Assembly (NCBI GenBank): GCA_050251875.1
Contig: JBFWMA010000001.1
Coordinates: forward strand, 1-64,000
From: Deferribacterales bacterium
GTDB taxonomy: Bacteria; Chrysiogenota; Deferribacteres; Deferribacterales; Geovibrionaceae
Reading direction: 5' to 3'
DNA length: 64,000 nucleotides
Shown here: positions 8,878 to 18,763 of the stretch, one piece after another
Numbering within the stretch: position 1 is the stretch's first letter
Layout: the number at the start of each line of letters is the position of its first letter
The notes under the pieces: model-generated
The model's database searches: none
What the model was told of the DNA's origin: nothing
The model's input: only the letters and a program-made list of their open reading frames with translations
Made by a program: the position numbers and the translations under genes

Positions 8878-8884
8878 GAGATAG

Positions 8885-8924
8885 ATTATCAGACAAATTG
8901 ATTTTCATGTCAATATGAAAATCA
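8885..8924 (-). promoter_or_regulatory. Sigma70-type promoter of the leader, with a perfect inverted repeat over the -35
   Basis: Minus strand TTGACA (8913-8908), 17 nt, GATAAT (8890-8885); TGATTTTCAT-N6-ATGAAAATCA at 8899-8924. Confidence 0.65.
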
Positions 8925-9725
8925 TTTAGAATATAAACTTTTATACAGAGCTGTTAAATTTAGTTAATATCAATAACTATTAACTTTTTTAACCTATATT
9001 TGAATATGGCGTTTTTTATAAAACTGTTTAATGCTGTTATCTGGTTGTAATAAAAGGAATTAATATTAGAAGGCTTATCAGTGTTAACTTCTGTTTAATA
9101 GGTTTTGGACGCCTGTCCTGTGTGAAAACATGCCGAAATACGCCTGAAAATGTTCAAAAGGGTGCTCTTGATTATGACTCCGCCATGCCTCTCAGACGGA
9201 CATAAGAGTATTATGAGTGAAAGTATTGCATAAATAATAAAGTGTTTTAAATGTTAAAAACCTTTATACAGGCTGAATACAACGGATATCCGGTTTCAGA
9301 TGATGTTATGTTAAGCTATAGAATAACAAAGTTTTGCTAAAGTGGATATGATAAATCATAAGTTCAACATTTTGCCTGTGTGTTTATGAGCAGCCATCAG
9401 GATTGTCCGGCAGATGTCATATTGCGGGCTGTATGTTTGGTTTCGTTTAACAGAGTGTATATGTGGCTATACCGCCTTCTATTTGGTTGTTCAGGAGGCG
9501 GTAAACCATGCCGATGTCATAGAGAAATTAATAAAATATAAAAAATAATTAATAAAACATAATTATAATTTAAAAAGATAAAGAAGGTGTATAAATATCC
9601 ATTTAAAGTTAATTTTGTTTATATAGCCCGTGTAATCTGATTTCTTGCATTAAAATCATATAATAGAACATAGTTGTGATTTTTTGCGTATTTAGCAAGC
9701 AATGTTTACAGGTAATAAATTTTTG

Positions 9726-9754
9726 TTGAATCTTGTAAAACTGTACTATATATT
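9726..9754 (+). promoter_or_regulatory. Putative sigma70 promoter of satP
   Basis: TTGAAT, 17 nt, TATATT. Confidence 0.45.
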
Positions 9755-9824
9755 ACGCTCGGAGGATGAAATGAAACGCGTATTTATTGGTGATATGCAG
9801 ACAACATCATCGGAGGTATATAAT

Positions 9825-10445
9825 ATGAGCAACGCAAAAGAAGCAGCTGTAAACACAGGTACAGCTCTCGGACAGATAGCGGAGACTGTCATCGCAGACT
9901 CAACCGCTAACCCTGCTCCTCTTGGTCTTATGGGATTCGGTCTTACAACAGTTCTCCTTAACCTGCACAACATCGGACTTTTCGGTATCGGCAGCGCAAT
10001 CCTGGCTATGGGAATTTTCTACGGCGGTCTGGCACAGATCATCGTGGGCATTATGGAATGGAAAAAGAAAAACACTTTCGGAACAGTGGCCTTCACATCA
10101 TACGGCCTCTTTTGGCTGACACTCGTGGGCATAATTGTTCTGCCTAAATACGGTTTCGAAGCCGCCGACACAACAGCTATGACAGCTTACCTGTTTCTGT
10201 GGGGTCTCTTCTCACTTGTTCTTTTCATAGGTACTTTCAAGCTGAACAAAGGGCTTCAGGTTGTTTTCTTCCTTCTTGTTGTGCTTTTCATGCTGCTGGC
10301 TATCAGCGACATGACACACAGCGCGTCTCTTAAAAAATTCGCAGGATTCGAAGGCGTTATCTGCGGTCTTTCCGCTATGTATGTGGGCGCCGCTCAGATC
10401 CTCAACGAAGTATACAAACGTACTATTCTTCCTCTCGGGGAATAA
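9825..10445 (+). CDS. satP: Acetate uptake transporter, GPR1/FUN34/YaaH family
   Basis: [49 protein letters not shown] before ATG 9825 (alternative in-frame ATG 9771). Confidence 0.93.
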   Translation: MSNAKEAAVNTGTALGQIAETVIADSTANPAPLGLMGFGLTTVLLNLHNIGLFGIGSAILAMGIFYGGLAQIIVGIMEWKKKNTFGTVAFTSYGLFWLTLVGIIVLPKYGFEAADTTAMTAYLFLWGLFSLVLFIGTFKLNKGLQVVFFLLVVLFMLLAISDMTHSASLKKFAGFEGVICGLSAMYVGAAQILNEVYKRTILPLGE

Positions 10446-10468
10446 TTCTAAAACGTGTTAAGTGAATC

Positions 10469-10502
10469 CGGCGGTCTTTTGCGGCCGCCGTTTTCTTTTT
10501 TA
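10469..10502 (+). terminator. Intrinsic terminator after satP
   Basis: CGGCGGTC...GGCCGCCG followed by T-rich run. Confidence 0.7.
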
Positions 10503-10507
10503 TTGAG

Positions 10508-10738
10508 ATGACAATGGACGTTAAAAAGATAGACACAGGCGACATTAATTTTGCGGGATGGACAGTAAGGATAGCAGACGGAAAGGGCGTCATATTAGAC
10601 AGCACCGGAGCCGAATCAGCGTCTTTTACCGTGCAGAGCGCCGAACAGATCACACTTCTTAAAGGCGACGCCAAGTTCGCCGACATGGCTCTGATAGCGC
10701 TCAGGAGCTTTCTGAGATACGGAATTCACTGCGGATAA
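10508..10738 (+). CDS. Small hypothetical protein (76 aa)
   Basis: Fills the intergenic gap with plausible protein-like composition; no family recognised. Confidence 0.5.
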   Translation: MTMDVKKIDTGDINFAGWTVRIADGKGVILDSTGAESASFTVQSAEQITLLKGDAKFADMALIALRSFLRYGIHCG

Positions 10739-10833
10739 ACTTTTACTTTTCTCTGACATAATTACTCCCCCCTGTTCTTGTATATATGCCTGCTCTCTGG
10801 TATGATGCCTTATCAATGCCTTATGGAGCGGAT

Positions 10834-11289
10834 ATGATCGTATATCTAATCAGACACGGACACGCAGAGGACAGAGAGACATTCAAAGGCAGTGATTTAG
10901 ACCGTCCACTCACACAGAAAGGCACGGACAGAGCGTCCGTAGCGTTCAAAAATTTCCTGAAAAAATTCGATCCCCCGAAAGCGGTCATCACATCCGGCGC
11001 TGTGCGTTCCGTGGAGACGGCGTCTATCCTTTCCGAGCTTTGCGGTGTAAAATATGAGATAGTGAAAAGGCTCAACCCGGGAGCGGATATCAAAGACTAC
11101 ATAGAAACCATATCAGACTGGCGCCACGCAGAAGTGATCGCCATCGTGGGACACGAACCGGAGCTGAGCGAGGCGGTATCTCTCATCACGTCCGGCGGAT
11201 CGCTGAGACTCATAATGAAAAAAGGCTCCATATGCGTGCTGGACGGCAGCGTGCTTGTGGATCTTTTACAGCAGAAGGCGCTACTGTAA
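10834..11289 (+). CDS. sixA: SixA-like phosphohistidine phosphatase
   Basis: LIRHGHAE, D..RPLT..G, VGHEP; GGAG RBS before ATG 10834. Confidence 0.88.
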   Translation: MIVYLIRHGHAEDRETFKGSDLDRPLTQKGTDRASVAFKNFLKKFDPPKAVITSGAVRSVETASILSELCGVKYEIVKRLNPGADIKDYIETISDWRHAEVIAIVGHEPELSEAVSLITSGGSLRLIMKKGSICVLDGSVLVDLLQQKALL

Positions 11290-11290
11290 C

Positions 11291-12661
11291 ATGACATACT
11301 ACTACACGGAAACCAGACCGAAAGCCGACACAAAATTCAGGATCAGATACACCAGAAGACCGGGAGTGAAGCTGACGGTGAAAGACAGCTTCGACTGGCT
11401 GCTGGTTAAAAATAACTGCTGTCTCTATGGGACGGATGAGGCGGAGTGCCTCTTCAGAGACGGACAGGACAGCGCTGAAGACACGGCGAACACTGTCAGA
11501 AAGCTGTCCAAAAACAGATATCTGTTCGATAAATTCAGCTTCAAAACACTGGAATGGACATTCACCACGCCCCATGAAAACAACGGAGAAATAACCGAGT
11601 TAAAAACAGGCGTTCATAAAGCATATATAATAAGGACAGAAAAACCCGAAGACGACATGGCTCTGCACTATTGTCTGGAGGAGATAGCGTCCTTCGGCGA
11701 AGGTCTCCTGAGATGTGTCAGATCCTCCGGCGACAGCATGCTGACATACACCACCAGAGCGGAATGTCCTTATGAAAAGGACGCGGTGATCAGAGACAGT
11801 ATGTCCGCCGTGCATCAGCATCTGCTTAAGCTCATTCTGCTGAACAGAGACGGAGTGCTGAAAGGGTACGACACTGAGTTTCTTCATGACCTCAGGGTGT
11901 CGGTCAGACGCATCCGTTCCGCCATGTCCATAGTGAAGAACGTGTATACCAAAGAGGTGGAGGCACAGTACCGTGTCCTCTTCAAAGAGATGGGCGAGCT
12001 GACAAGCAGGGCGAGGGACATGGATGTCTATCTGGAAGAGATAGACGAATACAGCGATATTCTGCCGGAAGATATGCGAGAGGGGCTTCTGCCCATCCGG
12101 GCGCATTTCGAAAAGGTTCGTGAGAGCGAATACAGAAAACTGCGCAGGTTCATCCGCTCGCCTAAGTTCGATGAGCTGATGAGCGGATGGAACAGAGTCA
12201 CGGGAACATACAGCGAGACAGGGCGCAGAGGTTTTATAAAAACTGATAAGGCGGCTGAAAAAGCTCTGAAAAAAGCGTATGATATAGCCGACACTCTGAC
12301 GGCTCAGATCCACGGGGAGACGACCGACCCGCAGATGCACAGCATGCGCATAGCTTTTAAAAAGCTGAGATATACCATAGAGTTCTTTTCGCAGGTGATA
12401 GGCGTGGGCAGGACAGCGGATGTGCTGACCGATCTGAGGGCTCTTCAGGATTGTCTGGGCAGATACAACGACTTTTCGGTGCAGTGCTGGAATATGACGG
12501 GTATAATGGTAAAACAGACAGACGCTAAGGTATCCGCCGTCTGCGGATATATCCTGTCATACCTCTCCGCCAGAAAGGACGCAGAGAGACAAAACGCCGA
12601 AGGGCTGATAAAAGCCTTTCGCAAAAGACGGAAACATATCAGATCTTCACTGAGGATATGA
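11291..12661 (+). CDS. CHAD-domain (polyphosphate-binding) protein
   Basis: EFLHDLRVSVRRIRS, RDMDV, HSMRIAFKKLRY, LQDCLGRYND motifs; start right after the sixA stop. Confidence 0.88.
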   Translation: MTYYYTETRPKADTKFRIRYTRRPGVKLTVKDSFDWLLVKNNCCLYGTDEAECLFRDGQDSAEDTANTVRKLSKNRYLFDKFSFKTLEWTFTTPHENNGEITELKTGVHKAYIIRTEKPEDDMALHYCLEEIASFGEGLLRCVRSSGDSMLTYTTRAECPYEKDAVIRDSMSAVHQHLLKLILLNRDGVLKGYDTEFLHDLRVSVRRIRSAMSIVKNVYTKEVEAQYRVLFKEMGELTSRARDMDVYLEEIDEYSDILPEDMREGLLPIRAHFEKVRESEYRKLRRFIRSPKFDELMSGWNRVTGTYSETGRRGFIKTDKAAEKALKKAYDIADTLTAQIHGETTDPQMHSMRIAFKKLRYTIEFFSQVIGVGRTADVLTDLRALQDCLGRYNDFSVQCWNMTGIMVKQTDAKVSAVCGYILSYLSARKDAERQNAEGLIKAFRKRRKHIRSSLRI

Positions 12662-12677
12662 CCGTCAGGAGAAAGAT

Positions 12678-14204
12678 ATGGGAGCTAGCGATAATATAAA
12701 GGTGGCAGTGGTGGACATAGGGAGCAACTCCCTGCGTTTGCAGATATCCGAAGTGAAGGATAAGAGCTACCGTGTTCTGGAAGACTATAAAGAGATGCTC
12801 CGGCTCGGAGATTCCATATATACACAGGGTTTCTTTTCTAAAGAGAATATCGACTCTATAGTGGCAACACTGAAAAACGTAAAACGTCTGGCGGAGAGCA
12901 AAGGATGCGAAACCATCCGAGCCATCGCCACCGCCGCTTTCAGAGAGGCGGATAATCTGGGCGAGACGCTCGCCGTGATAGAAGAGGAATGCGGGCTTAA
13001 GGTGGAGGTTATCAGCGGTCAGGAAGAGGCAAAGCTGACATACATCGCCGCCAGCGCCAATTTTGAGCTGAAAAACAGAAGCGCTATCATCTCCGACATC
13101 GGCGGAGGAAGCGCTGAATATACAGTTGTCAGGAACAACCAGGTGGAGAAGGCGAAGAGCCTTCCTCTGGGGTGCAACAGGCTGACCCGTGAGTTTCTGC
13201 CGGACGACCCGCCTAAGTCGGCGCAGATAATCGCCATGAAAGAGCATATCGGACATATCATAGAAAGGCTGAAACTGCCCAAAGGGCTGGAGATGATGAT
13301 ATGCACCGGCGGCTCTATGAACAACGTTGCCTACATATGCCATTACAACGACAGAAACGTCAGAGACTCTCTGGTGAAATATGTCGAACGTAAATATCTG
13401 AAAAAATTCATCAGCGATGTACGGGGCAGATCGAACGCCGACCGTGTAAAGATAGAGGGAATGGAAGAGAAACGGGCGGATATCATTCTGGCGGCGGCTA
13501 TCCAGACGGACATGATTCTGGAAGAGACTGGGATAGACGGATTCTACACCCTCACCGGCGGACTGCGGGTGGGGCTCACCATAGACACTATTAACAAGAT
13601 GGGCATAGAGCTTCCTTTTCAGAACAGCATGGACAGCGTGCGCTATTCCAGGCTGGTGGAGATCGGCAACAAGTTCGACTTTGACGAGGCGGGCGCTTTT
13701 CAGGTGGCAAAGCTGGCAAAGATGCTCTTCGCCGGGGTCAGAGACGCTCTGGAGCTGAACGACAGAGACTGGCTTCTTCTGGAGGCGGCGGCTCTTCTGC
13801 GTGACATAGGAAAACACATCGCTTATTCCAAGCATCATAAGCATGCTTATTATATGATAAAGCACTCCGAGCTGGTGGGGTATACCCACGAAGAGATAGA
13901 GGTGATAGCCAATATCGCCAGATATCACAGAAAGAGTCCTCCTAAGGCGGCTCATGAAGAGTTCGCCGCTCTGTCGCCTGTTATGCGGGAGAGAGTGGAA
14001 AAACTCTCCGCTCTGCTGCGCCTCGCCATATCTCTGGACAGAACGCACAAGGGGCTCATAGACAGCCTTGAGGTGACTGTGAACGAGAAAGAGGTGGAAA
14101 TCAGACTGGTGACGGAGAACGATATCACTATGGAGCTGAAAGACTTTGAACGAAACAGGGATCTGCTTGTCAAATTATTAAAATTGCCGGTCAGGTTAGT
14201 ATGA
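12678..14204 (+). CDS. ppx: Exopolyphosphatase Ppx/GppA family, canonical motifs
   Basis: DIGSNSLRL, ATAAFREA.N, ISGQEEA, DIGGGSAE, RADII, GLRVG, C-terminal HD-like domain. Confidence 0.92.
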   Translation: MGASDNIKVAVVDIGSNSLRLQISEVKDKSYRVLEDYKEMLRLGDSIYTQGFFSKENIDSIVATLKNVKRLAESKGCETIRAIATAAFREADNLGETLAVIEEECGLKVEVISGQEEAKLTYIAASANFELKNRSAIISDIGGGSAEYTVVRNNQVEKAKSLPLGCNRLTREFLPDDPPKSAQIIAMKEHIGHIIERLKLPKGLEMMICTGGSMNNVAYICHYNDRNVRDSLVKYVERKYLKKFISDVRGRSNADRVKIEGMEEKRADIILAAAIQTDMILEETGIDGFYTLTGGLRVGLTIDTINKMGIELPFQNSMDSVRYSRLVEIGNKFDFDEAGAFQVAKLAKMLFAGVRDALELNDRDWLLLEAAALLRDIGKHIAYSKHHKHAYYMIKHSELVGYTHEEIEVIANIARYHRKSPPKAAHEEFAALSPVMRERVEKLSALLRLAISLDRTHKGLIDSLEVTVNEKEVEIRLVTENDITMELKDFERNRDLLVKLLKLPVRLV

Positions 14205-15718
14205 AAAACGGAATTTTCGCCGCTATAAACATCGGCGCCAGCGCATTCAGAATGCATATCAGCGAATATACGGATGGCGAGGAGAGACCGCTCGAGTATC
14301 TTATCAAGCCTCTGCGTCTCGGCAGAGACACCTTCACCAAAGGACATATCACGCTGGAAAGCGTATATGCCGCCACCGACATACTGAAAAAATTCCGTCA
14401 CAAGATGGACGAGTACGGCATCAAAAAGAACTATAAAGCCGTATGCACCAGCGGGGTCAGAGAGGCGGGCAACCGTGCCTTTTTCATCGACCATGTGCGT
14501 CAGGAGACAGGTCTGGAGCTGGAGATTATCCAGCCGTCTGACGAGATATATGTTAAATATGTTACAGTTAAGAATGATATAGACGGATTTGACGATTTTG
14601 AGAAGGAGGGTGTTCTGCTGGCTAATATATCCAGCGGAAACATAGCCCTCGCCGTTCTGAAGGACAACCAGAATATCTATTCGGGCGCTCTGCCTTACGG
14701 CTCGCTCCGTCTGCGCAGGATGTTCAGCGACACGCCGACGCACATCCGTTACAAGGCGTATGAACAGTATGTTCAGAAGATGTGCTATTCCATAGGAAAC
14801 GCTCTGCCGAACAGGTTCGAGCTGAACCATCTGGTCAGCGCCGGGTCATCGCTGAACGTTCTCCTCAATATCTTCAAGCCGAAAAAGAACATGCTGAAGA
14901 AAGCACAGCTCGAGGATCTCTACGAAAAGGTAAAACATATGCCCAGAGACACCATAAAGAGCGTGATGAAGATAAGACAGGACGAGGCGAGCGTGCTTGT
15001 CCCCACTCTTGTGACCTATCTGAAGCTGATGGAGTTTGTGGGTACTGATTTCGTGCGGTTCTCTCACATGACTTTCCCGCACATGCTCAGCCTGTTCTAT
15101 TCCAACACCGCCAGAGACAAAGGGTTCATCGGCAGGGTGCGCAACACTCTCTATGGTCTGGGTGAGAGATTCAACATAGACCGCAAACACGCCGACACCA
15201 TATCCGAGTTTGCCATGAAGCTCTTTGACTCCTTAAAACCCCTGCACTCGCTGGGAAGGCAAGAGAGATTCATTCTGGAAGCGGCGGCGATACTTTCTGA
15301 CGCAGGATATTACATCGACACCAGAAAACATAATCAGCACTCTTACTATCTGGTGCAGTCCATAGAGATTCCGGGGCTTCCCAGAGAAACGGTGAAGCTG
15401 ATATCATATCTCGTGCTGATGCATAACGGCGATGTTAACGACTGGTTCGAAAACAAGTATCATTATTTTCCTATGGAAAAACAGCTTCTGATAAAAAAGC
15501 TGGTGAGCATACTGAGGATAGCCGATTCGCTGGATTCGTCACACATGAATCTGGTGCAGGATTTTGACGTGGATATCCTTCAGGGAAAAATCGTGATAAG
15601 GGCGAAATGCCGAAAGATGGCGTTTCTGGAGAAACACTCGTTCGAGACAAAGAGTCAGGTATTTGCCGAAACATTTGGTATTCCCATAGAGCTTGAAACC
15701 AGAATACTTTACGAATAA
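14201..15718 (+). CDS. Second Ppx/GppA-family protein with degenerate catalytic motifs
   Basis: Same fold and length, but NIGASAFRM and NISSGNIAL replace DIGSNS and DIGGGS.E; ATGA overlap with ppx. Confidence 0.85.
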   Translation: MKNGIFAAINIGASAFRMHISEYTDGEERPLEYLIKPLRLGRDTFTKGHITLESVYAATDILKKFRHKMDEYGIKKNYKAVCTSGVREAGNRAFFIDHVRQETGLELEIIQPSDEIYVKYVTVKNDIDGFDDFEKEGVLLANISSGNIALAVLKDNQNIYSGALPYGSLRLRRMFSDTPTHIRYKAYEQYVQKMCYSIGNALPNRFELNHLVSAGSSLNVLLNIFKPKKNMLKKAQLEDLYEKVKHMPRDTIKSVMKIRQDEASVLVPTLVTYLKLMEFVGTDFVRFSHMTFPHMLSLFYSNTARDKGFIGRVRNTLYGLGERFNIDRKHADTISEFAMKLFDSLKPLHSLGRQERFILEAAAILSDAGYYIDTRKHNQHSYYLVQSIEIPGLPRETVKLISYLVLMHNGDVNDWFENKYHYFPMEKQLLIKKLVSILRIADSLDSSHMNLVQDFDVDILQGKIVIRAKCRKMAFLEKHSFETKSQVFAETFGIPIELETRILYE

Positions 15719-15730
15719 AAGGATGATGAT

Positions 15731-17758
15731 ATGACCACGGTAAGCCCGTATATAAACAGAGAGCTGAGCTGGCTGGAATTCAATAAAAGAGTGATGATGG
15801 AGGCTGTGGACCCGGATGTCCCTCTTCTGGAGAGGCTGAAATTTCTGGCAATTTTTTCATCTAATCTGGATGAATTTTTCATGATTCGCGTGGGCGGTCT
15901 TCAGGATCAGAAAGAAGCTGGATATTCCAAGGTGGATATCTCCGGCTGCACCCCCGGACAGCAGTTGGAGCACATCAGCAAGAAGGCGCACGAGCTGACT
16001 AACCAGCGCCAGAAGATTTATAAAACCATCAAGTCCGATCTGGAAAAAGAGGATATCTTTATCGCTCCGGATATTGACGCCGAGCTGGACGAGATAGCCG
16101 AGGCTATCTTCAATGAGGAGATATATCCTGTAATCAGCCCGGTAACTATTTCGTCAAACAATCCCGTCCCTTTTATATATAACTTCAGGCTGTGCGTTTA
16201 CGCAGTCATAAAGAAGAACAATATAATCCATCACTCCGTGATAATCCTGCCGGAGAATCTCCAGAGGATTTTCAAGGTGAAGCTGGACAAGACATATTAT
16301 CTCTTCGCCGAGGATATTCTGAAACGTTACCTCCAGATAGTCTATCCGGACTATGAGATACTGGACAGCTACTGTCTGCGTGTGACGAGAAACGCCGACC
16401 TGACACTGGATGAGGAGGAATCGGACGACCTTCTGCTGTCCATCAAAAAGTTCCTGAAATCCAGACGTAAAGGCGGCATATGCCGTGTGGAGATAGATGG
16501 ACGACTCCCCGCTGAGATTCTGGAAAAGATGTCTCAGGAGATGAATTTTGACAAGGACGATGTATATGTCATTGATGACCTTATAGATATGACATCGCTT
16601 TTCGCCATCACCGGAGCAAAGCAGGAGCTGTGCTATCCGCAGTTCAACCCTGTTTTTCCGGACGGATTCTCAGCCGACAGCGATATCTTTGAGAAGATAA
16701 AGAAGAAAGATCTGATAATGTACAGACCGTTTCATGATTTTTCTCTGGTGTCCAGAATGGTTGCGGCGGCGGCTGATGATCCGGACGTTCTGGCTATAAA
16801 AATGACGCTTTACCGTGCCAACAAAAACTCCACCATTCTCGCCAGCCTGAGCAAGGCGGTGAAAAACGGAAAACACGTCAGCGTGGTTATCGAGCTGAAG
16901 GCAAGGTTTGACGAAGAGCGCAACGTGGACTGGGCGAACATGCTGGAAGAGGCGGGCTGTATAGTGACATACGGCATAGCCGGGCTGAAGATTCACGCCA
17001 AAAACCTTCTGATAGTGCGGAAAGAGAACGGAAAAGTGGTCCGCTACACACATATGTCCACCGGAAACTATAACGAGTTCACCGCCGGAATATACACGGA
17101 CGTGGACTACATAACAGCGGACGAAGAGGTGGGCAAAGACTGCGCCGCCATGTTCAACTATCTGATGGGATACACGGATATAGGCACATGGAGCAGATTC
17201 TATCTGGCGCCTAACTATATCAAACCGAAGATTCTGGAGCTGATAGACGAGGAGATCGCCTTTGCCAAAGCGGGCAAAAAGGCGAGAATGATAGTAAAAG
17301 TAAACTCTATTATAGATAAACTGCTGATAGACAAGCTGATAGAGGCGTCGCAGGCGGGTGTTAAGATCGACATGATAGTCAGGGGCGTGTGCGGCATCAG
17401 AGCCGGAATAAAAGGCGTCACTGAGAATATCAGGGTCAGGAGCATCATCGGGCGCTTTCTGGAGCACCCTCGCATAATCTATTTCCATGCCGGCGGAAAA
17501 AAACGTGTGTTTTTCAGCACCGCCGACTGGATGGAGCGCAACATGGACAGGCGGGTTGAGCTGTTCTTTGAAGTGCTGAAGAAAGAGCCGAAAAACTTCC
17601 TGCTGAACATCATCGACCTGAATATGAGGGACAACCAGAAGACATGGATTCAGAAGGGAGCGGGATACGAAAAAACAAAAAGTACGGATGACAAACTGTG
17701 CTACCACGACTATCTTATACATAATATAGAAGATCTCCATAAGGAGGCTCAGCTGTGA
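15731..17758 (+). CDS. ppk1: Polyphosphate kinase 1
   Basis: NRELSWLEFNKRV, SSNLDEFFMIRV, ELKARFDEE.N, LKIHAK, STGNYN, GRFLEHPR, ADWMERNMDRRVE. Confidence 0.96.
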   Translation: MTTVSPYINRELSWLEFNKRVMMEAVDPDVPLLERLKFLAIFSSNLDEFFMIRVGGLQDQKEAGYSKVDISGCTPGQQLEHISKKAHELTNQRQKIYKTIKSDLEKEDIFIAPDIDAELDEIAEAIFNEEIYPVISPVTISSNNPVPFIYNFRLCVYAVIKKNNIIHHSVIILPENLQRIFKVKLDKTYYLFAEDILKRYLQIVYPDYEILDSYCLRVTRNADLTLDEEESDDLLLSIKKFLKSRRKGGICRVEIDGRLPAEILEKMSQEMNFDKDDVYVIDDLIDMTSLFAITGAKQELCYPQFNPVFPDGFSADSDIFEKIKKKDLIMYRPFHDFSLVSRMVAAAADDPDVLAIKMTLYRANKNSTILASLSKAVKNGKHVSVVIELKARFDEERNVDWANMLEEAGCIVTYGIAGLKIHAKNLLIVRKENGKVVRYTHMSTGNYNEFTAGIYTDVDYITADEEVGKDCAAMFNYLMGYTDIGTWSRFYLAPNYIKPKILELIDEEIAFAKAGKKARMIVKVNSIIDKLLIDKLIEASQAGVKIDMIVRGVCGIRAGIKGVTENIRVRSIIGRFLEHPRIIYFHAGGKKRVFFSTADWMERNMDRRVELFFEVLKKEPKNFLLNIIDLNMRDNQKTWIQKGAGYEKTKSTDDKLCYHDYLIHNIEDLHKEAQL

Positions 17759-17871
17759 GTAAGAAATGCGGTGAGAAACCCGAAAAAGACAAAGAAAAGA
17801 AATATACATGCGGAAAGTGCAAGGCGGAGTCCAATAAAAAGGAGAAGCTCTGCAAGCCCGAAAAGAAGTAA
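17755..17871 (+). CDS. Small Cys/Lys-rich protein (38 aa, MSKKCGEKPEKDKEKKYTCGKCKAESNKKEKLCKPEKK)
   Basis: AAGGAGG at 17741-17747; GTG start overlapping the ppk1 TGA (GTGA); YxCxxC...LCKP pattern; below the ORF-track cutoff. Confidence 0.7.
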   Translation: MSKKCGEKPEKDKEKKYTCGKCKAESNKKEKLCKPEKK

Positions 17872-17945
17872 TTATCTGATAATTTCTTGACCGATACCGC
17901 TATTTAGTTCATTATTCCCATATCTTTTTACATCAAGGTATAGCT

Positions 17946-18713
17946 ATGCTCGCAAAACGCATCATCCCCTGTCTGGACGTGAAAGACGGCAGGGTTGTGA
18001 AGGGAACTAATTTCGTAAATTTAAGAGACGCCGGAGACCCTGTGGAGGTTGCCGAAATATATGACGCTCAGGGAGCGGACGAGCTGACTTTTCTGGATAT
18101 CACCGCCAGCTCGGACAACAGAGGCATCATTCTGGACGTGGTGGCGAAAACCGCCGAAAGAGTCTTTATGCCCGTCACCGTGGGCGGCGGCGTCAGAGAG
18201 ATAAAAGATATCAGAAATCTGCTGAACTCAGGAGCAGATAAGGTGTCTATAAACACGGCGGCTGTGCACAGACCGGAGTTCGTGGAGGAATCAGCTCTCC
18301 GTTTCGGTTCACAGTGCATAGTGGTCGCCATCGATGCCAAAAGACGTGTGAACGGCACAGGCTGGGAGGTTTACACCCACGGCGGACGAAACGCCACAGG
18401 CATAGACGTTCTGGAGTGGGCTGACAGGATGCAGAGATACGGAGCGGGAGAGATTCTGCTCACCAGTATGGACTGTGACGGAACAAAAGACGGATATGAC
18501 AACGGGCTGAACGCCGCTGTGGCAGACACAGTGGGTATCCCGGTGATAGCCTCAGGCGGAGTGGGCAACCCTCAGCATATATTGGACGGACTGACGATAG
18601 GCAGGGCGGACGCCGCTCTGGCAGCCAGCATATTTCACTTCAGGGAATATACCGTGAACGAAGTGAAACAGGTGCTTAAAGCGGCAGGCGTACCGGTGAG
18701 AATAACAGAATAA
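17946..18713 (+). CDS. hisF: Imidazole glycerol phosphate synthase cyclase subunit
   Basis: [53 protein letters not shown]. Confidence 0.97.
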   Translation: MLAKRIIPCLDVKDGRVVKGTNFVNLRDAGDPVEVAEIYDAQGADELTFLDITASSDNRGIILDVVAKTAERVFMPVTVGGGVREIKDIRNLLNSGADKVSINTAAVHRPEFVEESALRFGSQCIVVAIDAKRRVNGTGWEVYTHGGRNATGIDVLEWADRMQRYGAGEILLTSMDCDGTKDGYDNGLNAAVADTVGIPVIASGGVGNPQHILDGLTIGRADAALAASIFHFREYTVNEVKQVLKAAGVPVRITE

Positions 18714-18717
18714 TTCT

Positions 18718-18738
18718 CCTCCCTTTATTAAATGGAGG
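18718..18738. repeat. CCTCCCTTT-ATT-AAANGGAGG palindromic unit after hisF
   Basis: Near-identical copy at 19072-19092; related units at 56808-56888. Confidence 0.65.
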
Positions 18739-18763
18739 GGGAAGAGTGCATAGGGTATAATAA

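Noticed and set aside
8925..9725. AT-rich gap as a possible oriC
   Set aside because: No cluster of TTATCCACA-type DnaA boxes; only TTATACAG-like words.
12639..14048. Long antisense ORFs (469 aa here; also 16670-17809, 26436-27461, 42303-43181)
   Set aside because: Shadow frames of well-supported genes on the opposite strand, with no recognisable motifs.
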